DNA of 32,000 nucleotides from Erysipelothrix inopinata (GTDB lineage Bacteria; Bacillota_I; Bacilli_A; Erysipelotrichales; Erysipelotrichaceae), in the NCBI RefSeq assembly GCF_014396165.1, contig NZ_CP060715.1, forward strand, positions 450,001-482,000, given 5' to 3'. The notes under the pieces were generated by a model, which worked only from the letters and a program-made list of their open reading frames with translations, did not search any database and was not told the DNA's origin. The number at the start of each line of letters is the position of its first letter. Within the stretch, counting starts at the first letter, position 1. Positions 26,115 through 32,000 of this stretch are shown here, one piece after another. The position numbers were made by a program, and so were the translations under genes.

Positions 26115-26798
26115 TTAACAGATATCTATTTTTTTGTTGGATTTAATTTCAAAGATATAGAGAACCATCATAGCAACCATAAAGACTAAGAAGACGGAAA
26201 ATACTATCACACTCCCATGCGGATTCTTAAATTTACTTATTATCGAATAATACCCAGGACTAAAAAACATAAATAAGTAAAAAAATGCATTCGATGTATT
26301 CGATATCAACAGAGGTCTTTGTGTCTTAAAGTATAGTGTCATTACAATAATGGATACTACAACCATTGTCGTTAAAATAATTAACTGAGTTAATCCAAAG
26401 GATATCCCTGGAAAATACGGTAGTAAAGATTTAAAACAACCAACATATACAAACGATACCATCATCGTTGTAATTAGATAAGGTATTAGAGCTCTGTAAA
26501 ATAGATATTTTCTTATTTCTGTTTCGCTTTCTTTGCCTGAAAGTATATAGGAGAGAACTGTAGGTTCCTGTATAGAAACATAGGATGATTTAAGAAAATA
26601 TATAAATGCTACCGCATTAAATATAAACACAATGATTTGGTTCGTATAGAAATAATCCAACATAAGCGTTTGATTATTTTCTAGCAAATCAATAGCGATA
26701 TAATTATCAGCAGTAGAGGCAACCAACAGTGAAAGAACCATCACGAGGAGAATAAAAGCATAGTAACGTAAGCATGACCTGTTTATGTAGTTTTTCAT
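26115..26798 (-). CDS. Module A: 227-aa polytopic membrane protein (putative ABC membrane component)
   Basis: About 6 predicted helices. A 4-nt ATGA overlap joins it to the upstream NBD gene. It is the same length as, and colinear with, its paralogue at 29038-29721. Shared motifs: F(Y/I)RALIPYL and the C-terminal KK(I/V)D(I/L)C. Confidence 0.7.
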   Translation of the reverse strand: MKNYINRSCLRYYAFILLVMVLSLLVASTADNYIAIDLLENNQTLMLDYFYTNQIIVFIFNAVAFIYFLKSSYVSIQEPTVLSYILSGKESETEIRKYLFYRALIPYLITTMMVSFVYVGCFKSLLPYFPGISFGLTQLIILTTMVVVSIIVMTLYFKTQRPLLISNTSNAFFYLFMFFSPGYYSIISKFKNPHGSVIVFSVFLVFMVAMMVLYIFEIKSNKKIDIC

Positions 26799-27613
26799 AC
26801 AGTTCCTCTTTCTAACATAATTAATAAATCATGGAGTTTGATTTCACTGACTTCATTACTATTGTTTTTTGTAGTATCAATTAATACTTCTACAAAGTCT
26901 CTCTTTTTTCGAATCCCCACAACTCCTTCAGTCGGAATTTTCTCTTTACTTCCTGTCCACAATTTATATCGGTCTTGAAGTTCTAAGACACTTCCTTCAA
27001 AGAATTTCTTCCCATTCTTCATATAAACTAAATGATCACAAATATTTTCAATGTCTTCAACATTATTAGATGCGATGACTACATAGTTTTCTTCATTGAG
27101 TAAGTATGTCTGAATCATATTTTTAAACTCTATTTTATTCTTTTCATCAAGCCCATTGGTAGGTTCATCTAACAGTAGCATCTTTGAATTGCTTAATTTC
27201 ATCAACTCAAACATATATTTCTTTTGCTGACCTTTTGACAATTCTCTTATTTTTAAGTGTGTTGGAATGCCAGCACTGATTAAGTTTCTTTCGAATACTC
27301 GAGCATTAAACCCATCATAAACTTTCTCAAACAAAACAGTACTACTGAATACTCCCATATGAGGAGTAACAGGGACAGAATCCGGCATATAAAAAACAGT
27401 ATTATTTTTCTTGTAGTCTTCTAGCGAATATGAATCAACAGAATACGTTCCTTGATCCAAACTTAGGGCGCCACATAGGATTTTTAACAGCGAACTCTTT
27501 CCCCCTGAATTACGGCTCACAATCATGGTTACGAGGCCCTTGGGAATTTCTAGGTAATCGATGTTAATTTCCAAGTTTCTTCTACTCTTAGTTGCATTTT
27601 CTAATACAATCAT
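26795..27613 (-). CDS. Module A: ABC-type ATPase subunit 2 (partly degenerate)
   Basis: P-loop SRNSGGKSS, signature LSKGQQKK, Walker B MLLLDEPT. The H-loop position is ASNN, with no His. It carries a C-terminal extension of about 70 aa. Confidence 0.8.
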   Translation of the reverse strand: MIVLENATKSRRNLEINIDYLEIPKGLVTMIVSRNSGGKSSLLKILCGALSLDQGTYSVDSYSLEDYKKNNTVFYMPDSVPVTPHMGVFSSTVLFEKVYDGFNARVFERNLISAGIPTHLKIRELSKGQQKKYMFELMKLSNSKMLLLDEPTNGLDEKNKIEFKNMIQTYLLNEENYVVIASNNVEDIENICDHLVYMKNGKKFFEGSVLELQDRYKLWTGSKEKIPTEGVVGIRKKRDFVEVLIDTTKNNSNEVSEIKLHDLLIMLERGTV

Positions 27614-27618
27614 TTGAA

Positions 27619-28356
27619 TTACCTCCTTTGGTAGGCACTTACAAATTCTTTGATATCAATTACTTGCGAGTCTGATTCTATGAGTTGATGCGCTATATTT
27701 GAAAATTCCACAATATCAGCATTGATGATAGGATATCCTTCATCAAAATATAAAACATAATCCACAACATCATTAACCTCTTCGATATTATGTGTACTTA
27801 TTATTGTGACACTTTCATTTTCATATGTGTAATCTATAATATCGTCAAGAATTTCACTTCTAACAAAAGGATCAATACCTGCCATCGGTTCATCAAAGAT
27901 AAGAAGTTTCGGTTTGTGAGATAAGGCAACAGCTACCATGAGCCTTTGTTTCATCCCTAAAGAGAGATTCTTTGAACTCGATGTTTCATCAACATGATAC
28001 TTATCTAAGTACGCTAAGCAAGTATCTCTATCCCACAGATTACCAAATAGGGTTTCATGAAGTTTTAATATCTCCGAAACTTTTGTAGCAGGTCCGAAAG
28101 GAAATAAATCAGGAATGTAAGCAAGATCGTTATTGAACCAGTCCTTATCATTAAAATTTATTATTCCAGAATCTTTATATTTAATTCCAGTTAGAAGTTT
28201 AATAAATGTCGTCTTTCCAGAACCGTTTTCTCCGAAAACTCCAATTATTTGGCCACCTTGTACATCTAAATTAACAGGACCACATTTGAATTTCACATTT
28301 AAAGCATTATCTTTCAACAACTCTCTTTGAAGCTTTTCAATATGTAGTTTATTCAT
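27619..28356 (-). CDS. Module A: ABC-type ATPase subunit 1 (canonical motifs)
   Basis: Walker A GENGSGKTT, signature LSLGMKQR, Walker B LLIFDEP, H-loop STHN. The start is placed at ATG 28356 (MNKLHIEKL), 8 nt after AGGAGGG. Confidence 0.85.
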   Translation of the reverse strand: MNKLHIEKLQRELLKDNALNVKFKCGPVNLDVQGGQIIGVFGENGSGKTTFIKLLTGIKYKDSGIINFNDKDWFNNDLAYIPDLFPFGPATKVSEILKLHETLFGNLWDRDTCLAYLDKYHVDETSSSKNLSLGMKQRLMVAVALSHKPKLLIFDEPMAGIDPFVRSEILDDIIDYTYENESVTIISTHNIEEVNDVVDYVLYFDEGYPIINADIVEFSNIAHQLIESDSQVIDIKEFVSAYQRR

Positions 28357-28369
28357 CGTATTTGCCCTC

Positions 28370-28897
28370 CTATTCGAAATCAAGTTTTTTAAGTTTATTC
28401 AAGCGGTATCCATCTAGAAATACTGATACCACAGTTATTACTAGTTTAGCTATAATATTCTGACTCATACTAAATAATATCCATATTACTGTTACAACTA
28501 GGAGATCCAGTAATATATATGCGAAATCCTTTGAATTTTTTCCTAAGTTCAACTTGAAATACATTGCTAGCGATAACCAAGTAATTACCATTAACGCAAA
28601 TGACAAATCAAAATTAACCTGGAATCCTTTGATATAAAGAACTACAGATGTGATTATAAAAAATATTATTGTATCGAGTAACATACTTTTTATAAATTCA
28701 TTGATACTGAATGGTAAGGTTTTAAAGTAACCCTGAGCGATTGAAGTATCTCTTATAGTAAATGATGAATAACCTAAAGCAATTCCCCATGCAAATTCGT
28801 TTCCCCAATCATTTCTAACGAGTAACATTACTACAATAAGAGCCCAGATTAAATTCTTGAAGTTATTTCTCATGTTAATCTTGAAAATTCTAATCAT
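28370..28897 (-). CDS. Module A: 175-aa polytopic membrane protein of unknown family
   Basis: About 5 helices. It shares GYF.TLP, MYFKLN.GKNS and the C-terminal YRL..L.KLDFE with its paralogue at 31292-31816. Confidence 0.7.
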   Translation of the reverse strand: MIRIFKINMRNNFKNLIWALIVVMLLVRNDWGNEFAWGIALGYSSFTIRDTSIAQGYFKTLPFSINEFIKSMLLDTIIFFIITSVVLYIKGFQVNFDLSFALMVITWLSLAMYFKLNLGKNSKDFAYILLDLLVVTVIWILFSMSQNIIAKLVITVVSVFLDGYRLNKLKKLDFE

Positions 28898-29006
28898 AAA
28901 TTTTCCCTCCTTGCCCTTTTACTACAATAAGAAAATATTAATAACTATTTCTTTCAATTATTTCGTTTAGCATCATTGACTTACTGTTGTCTGGGAGTTC
29001 TATACG
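28898..29006 (-). pseudogene. Relic of the 3' end of a YtrA-type gntR gene (duplication scar)
   Basis: An ungapped hand alignment to 31809-31924 gives about three quarters identical positions over roughly 116 nt, including an identical TAAGTCAATGATGC. The corresponding frame reads ...RIELPDNSKSMMLNEIIERNSY*YFLIVVKGQGGKIYD*, with an in-frame stop. No HTH-coding part is present. Confidence 0.55.
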
Positions 29007-29037
29007 TGCTCATATTATTTATGATGATACTTTTTAT

Positions 29038-29721
29038 TTAACAAAGATCTACTTTTTTACTTGATTTAATTTGGTATAAGTAATAAGCATCCATTCCTAA
29101 CATCACCACAATAAACACTAGACTAAGTATTCCTCTTCCAGAGAAATCCGCATCATTTATTAATGTCGGAAGGTAAGTAAATGCAAATAAGAATACAACA
29201 TACATAATTACTTTTTTCTCAAGAGAAGGTTTAAAAACATTTTCTGTTTTATAGTATATGACCATAGATATTATCGTAATCGCAACAATACATAATAGAA
29301 TTATGTTCTGTAGTGGATCAACAACAATTCTGGGGTTATATTGCGTTAGTGCCTCGAATTTCGAATAAAATATCATGTAGTTTATAACAGTAACAGCCAG
29401 GTAAGGAATTAATGCTCTTATAAACAGAAACTCCTTAATATCTTCTTTAGCATCTACTCTTGACAATAAAAATGATAGATTCGTAGTTGTAAATGTATAT
29501 TCGTAAACACTCCCTAGTAAATATACAAATGCAAATGTATTCATCATAAATACTACTAATTGACTAATATATATCTTCTCTATTATTTGCTCTATTGAAG
29601 AATCAAATAAATAGACTAAACCAAGATTAAATGATGATGCAGCAATCATACTTGTAATTGCTAGTACTAACATAATCAATCCATAATACCACTTGCTGGA
29701 TTTTCTAATAAATTTTTTCAT
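29038..29721 (-). CDS. Module B: 227-aa polytopic membrane protein (paralogue of 26115-26798)
   Basis: Same length and topology as the module A protein. A 4-nt overlap joins it to the upstream NBD gene. It ends in KKVDLC. Confidence 0.7.
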   Translation of the reverse strand: MKKFIRKSSKWYYGLIMLVLAITSMIAASSFNLGLVYLFDSSIEQIIEKIYISQLVVFMMNTFAFVYLLGSVYEYTFTTTNLSFLLSRVDAKEDIKEFLFIRALIPYLAVTVINYMIFYSKFEALTQYNPRIVVDPLQNIILLCIVAITIISMVIYYKTENVFKPSLEKKVIMYVVFLFAFTYLPTLINDADFSGRGILSLVFIVVMLGMDAYYLYQIKSSKKVDLC

Positions 29722-30536
29722 CGTGAACCCCTTTCTAGCATGTTTAGAAGATCGTTGAGTTCAAGTCTTTCTACTGGGGCAAGGTCAAACACATACGTAT
29801 CAATCAAAGCCTCTAATGTCTCTTTATTTCTTCTGATTCCAACTACTCCTAGTTTGGGTAATTCCTCTTCTTTTCCTTGCCACATTTGATATCTTTCTTG
29901 CATTTCTAAGGCAGTTCCTTCAAAGAATACTTCGTTATTTTTAAGGTAGATTAAATGATCACCAAACATTTCAATATCTTCCGCATTGTTTGAGGCCATC
30001 ACGACATAATTGCTTTCATTGATTAGATGCGTTTGAATCAGTTGTTTTGCGTTTAGTTTGTTTTCTTCATCCATGCAACTCATGGATCCATCTATGAGTA
30101 ACATCGCATCGTTAGTCAACTTGAATAATTCCAACATATATCGTTTTTGTTGTTCTTTAGAAAGTGCCTCTAATTTAAGATGTGGGGGAATATCTGCTAA
30201 CTTTAGAGCTCTTTCTAACTTCCTTGAATCAAAACTAGGAATCATATCTTCAAAGAGATCGATATTTTTAAATACAGTCATGTTTTGTTTCCCAACTGCT
30301 TTGTCTGGTGCATAAAAAATCCCATGATACTTCTTGTATTTGTCAATTGACATATCATCAATTTTTATGACTCCGGCATCAAATTCTATGGCTCCACTTA
30401 TGAGCTTTAATATTGTACTCTTTCCAGAAGATTTTTTTCCCACAATCATTGTTACAAGACCTTGGGAAATTTCGAGGTGATCAATTTCAAGAACCAAGTT
30501 TTTACGTTTCTTAGTAACATTTTCTATTATAATCAT
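29718..30536 (-). CDS. Module B: ABC-type ATPase-like subunit 2 with degenerate Walker B and signature
   Basis: 272 aa, colinear with 26795-27613. Walker A GKKSSGKST is intact. The signature is LSKEQQKR (G to E). Walker B is MLLIDGS, so the catalytic Glu is absent. The H-loop position is ASNN. Confidence 0.75.
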   Translation of the reverse strand: MIIIENVTKKRKNLVLEIDHLEISQGLVTMIVGKKSSGKSTILKLISGAIEFDAGVIKIDDMSIDKYKKYHGIFYAPDKAVGKQNMTVFKNIDLFEDMIPSFDSRKLERALKLADIPPHLKLEALSKEQQKRYMLELFKLTNDAMLLIDGSMSCMDEENKLNAKQLIQTHLINESNYVVMASNNAEDIEMFGDHLIYLKNNEVFFEGTALEMQERYQMWQGKEEELPKLGVVGIRRNKETLEALIDTYVFDLAPVERLELNDLLNMLERGSR

Positions 30537-31282
30537 TTTTGATTCCTCCTGTTATATTCCTCTACAAATTCTGTAATATTCATTTTGTTGTTATCCGTAT
30601 TGAGAATTCTATTGGCTTCTTCTGGAAAATCAAATTTGCTGGCATTGATTATAGCACTACCCTGTTCAAAATATAGAATATGATCAACTACATCATTCAC
30701 AACTTCAGTATCATCTGTAGAAATGAATGTGATACTTTCATATTCATACGTACATTTAATAATATCATCATAAATTTCTTTTCTTATAAACGGTTCAAAC
30801 CCTTCTTTAGGTTCATCAATGATTAGAATTTTTGCATTATGAGACAAGGAGACAGCTACGATTAGTTGTTGTTTCATTTCCAAAGATAAATGTAAAACTT
30901 TTAGTGTTGGATCTATATTATATCTAATAAGAAAATACTTCCATTTATCATCGTCCCAACTATCCCAATATAATGTCTGATACGTTGTTATTATATCTTT
31001 AACTTTCATTTTTGAATTAAATGGAAATTCCGAAGGAATATACGCGAGTTCATTTTTAAACCATGTTTTTTCGTTAAAAATCACCACCCCTGAATCAGAA
31101 TATTTAATTCCCGACAATAATTGTATAAATGTTCTTTTTCCAGACTCTTTTTGTCCAAATATTCCTATTATTTTATTTCCGGATATATCTAGGGAAACAG
31201 GCCCTACTTTGAGCACATTTTTTTGTGGTTTTTCTACAGTTATCGTTCTTTGCAGACTCTCTATTTTGATTCTATTCTCCAT
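30533..31282 (-). CDS. Module B: ABC-type ATPase-like subunit 1 with degenerate Walker A, signature and H-loop
   Basis: P-loop GQKESGKRT, with Arg where Ser/Thr is required. The signature is LSLEMKQQ. Walker B ILIIDEP is retained. The H-loop position is STDD, with no His. Confidence 0.75.
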   Translation of the reverse strand: MENRIKIESLQRTITVEKPQKNVLKVGPVSLDISGNKIIGIFGQKESGKRTFIQLLSGIKYSDSGVVIFNEKTWFKNELAYIPSEFPFNSKMKVKDIITTYQTLYWDSWDDDKWKYFLIRYNIDPTLKVLHLSLEMKQQLIVAVSLSHNAKILIIDEPKEGFEPFIRKEIYDDIIKCTYEYESITFISTDDTEVVNDVVDHILYFEQGSAIINASKFDFPEEANRILNTDNNKMNITEFVEEYNRRNQK

Positions 31283-31291
31283 GACGTCCTC

Positions 31292-31816
31292 CTACTCGAA
31301 ATCCAATTTTTGTAAAGTCTTAAGTCGGTACACTACACCTGCAGTAGGTATTAGCAATACAAGTATTTTTAAGTTTATTGATGGTGCTAAAGTAAATAGG
31401 AACCATACAGCGACTATTGCAGCTAAATCCAAGAACCAGTACTTTTTTTGTAACGAGTTTTTTCCAACATTAAGTTTGAAATACATAGACGAAAGCAGAA
31501 TTTCTAACATATAAATTAATATGATCTGATCAGTAAAAGCAACATCTTGAATCATAGCAACTGTCATGTAAATTGTTATTATTACTAACGTTTCTATTAA
31601 TTTTTGATAAATTATATTTTTCATTTCTATAGGAAGTGTACTAAAATAGCCTACTGACAATCTTCCTGGGTTTGATGATAAAACCGTATACATAAGAATC
31701 CAAAACATATTCCTCTCAAGGGTTGAATCTGGATCAATGAAAATCATAATCAAAAGGGTAGTACCTATAATATAAAGAAATCTGTCTCTAATTGTACTTA
31801 CTAACATGTTAATCAT
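31292..31816 (-). CDS. Module B: 174-aa polytopic membrane protein (paralogue of 28370-28897)
   Basis: Its start overlaps the gntR stop by 8 nt (ATGATTAA). It ends in KLDFE followed by TAG-GAGG, the same junction as in module A. Confidence 0.7.
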   Translation of the reverse strand: MINMLVSTIRDRFLYIIGTTLLIMIFIDPDSTLERNMFWILMYTVLSSNPGRLSVGYFSTLPIEMKNIIYQKLIETLVIITIYMTVAMIQDVAFTDQIILIYMLEILLSSMYFKLNVGKNSLQKKYWFLDLAAIVAVWFLFTLAPSINLKILVLLIPTAGVVYRLKTLQKLDFE

Positions 31817-32000
31817 AAACTTTTCCTCCTTGCTCTTTCACTTCATTGAGAAAATCCTCATAACTTATTCCTGAATTTTTTGCTTGTTGCATCATTGACT
31901 TAATGTTATTAGCCAGTTCTTTACGATAGATAGTTTGAAAAGTTTCTGGTTTCTTTTCGGAAACATAACAACCTTTCCCCGCTACCATCACGACATAACC
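31809..32000 (-). CDS. GntR-family (YtrA-subfamily-like) transcriptional regulator, 5' end outside the window
   Basis: The reading frame is open to the window edge. ...GYVVMVAGKGCYVSEKK matches the wing of the GntR winged helix (G.GtfV). The short helical tail that follows is typical of YtrA-type regulators, which precede ABC operons. Confidence 0.6.
   Translation of the reverse strand, partial: GYVVMVAGKGCYVSEKKPETFQTIYRKELANNIKSMMQQAKNSGISYEDFLNEVKEQGGKVYD

Noticed and set aside
28133-31514. Plus-strand ORFs 28133-28330, 30058-30315 and 31209-31514 inside the ABC modules
   Set aside because: They are antisense to NBD genes with recognisable Walker motifs and have no RBS. They are shadow ORFs.
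26115-31816. Interpretation of each module as a group-I ECF transporter (S component, EcfA, EcfA', EcfT)
   Set aside because: The gene content is superficially similar: two NBDs plus a small and a larger membrane protein. However, the 227-aa proteins lack the Ala-Arg-Gly coupling motifs of EcfT. The NBDs show IPD/MPD-type loops typical of ABC-2 ATPases, not the EcfA Q-helix. This stays as an unresolved alternative, not as a call.

Overview
Chromosomal window from a low-GC Bacillota (Firmicutes) genome. Almost all genes are on the minus strand. No rRNA, tRNA, CRISPR array, transposase or integrase was seen.

Gene content, left to right:
- 1-3.6 kb: a guanine-riboswitch-controlled NCS2 purine permease, then a short divergent Tet(M)/Tet(O)-like ribosomal-protection GTPase. 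The GTPase is preceded by a promoter, a 27-codon leader ORF and a terminator hairpin, which looks like an attenuator.
- 3.6-12.4 kb, accessory-looking: a membrane-tethered XRE regulator; a MerR regulator with a textbook 19-bp-spacer dyad promoter followed by an ABC ATPase and two ABC-2 permeases; an LPXTG LRR/MucBP adhesin; a GNAT acetyltransferase; and two paralogous lipoproteins.
- 12.4-22.3 kb, housekeeping: pflB, an orphan PTS EIIC, and the Bacillus-like block rpmE-tdk-prfA-prmC-tsaC-rpiB-glyA-upp.
- 22.3-26.1 kb: a secreted His/Met/Asn/Asp-rich repeat protein, an unannotated 57-aa membrane ORF, a coiled-coil surface protein, a cyclase-family protein and a ThrE-type exporter pair.
- 26.1-32.0 kb, the most unusual part: two tandem, strongly diverged copies of a four-gene module (about 175-aa membrane protein, NBD, NBD, 227-aa membrane protein). 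They lie downstream of a YtrA-type GntR regulator that is cut by the window edge.

The regulator-proximal copy has degenerate catalytic motifs in both ATPases. A decayed relic of the regulator's 3' end sits between the two copies and marks the duplication junction.

All functional calls rest on motif and family recognition by eye. No database search was run.
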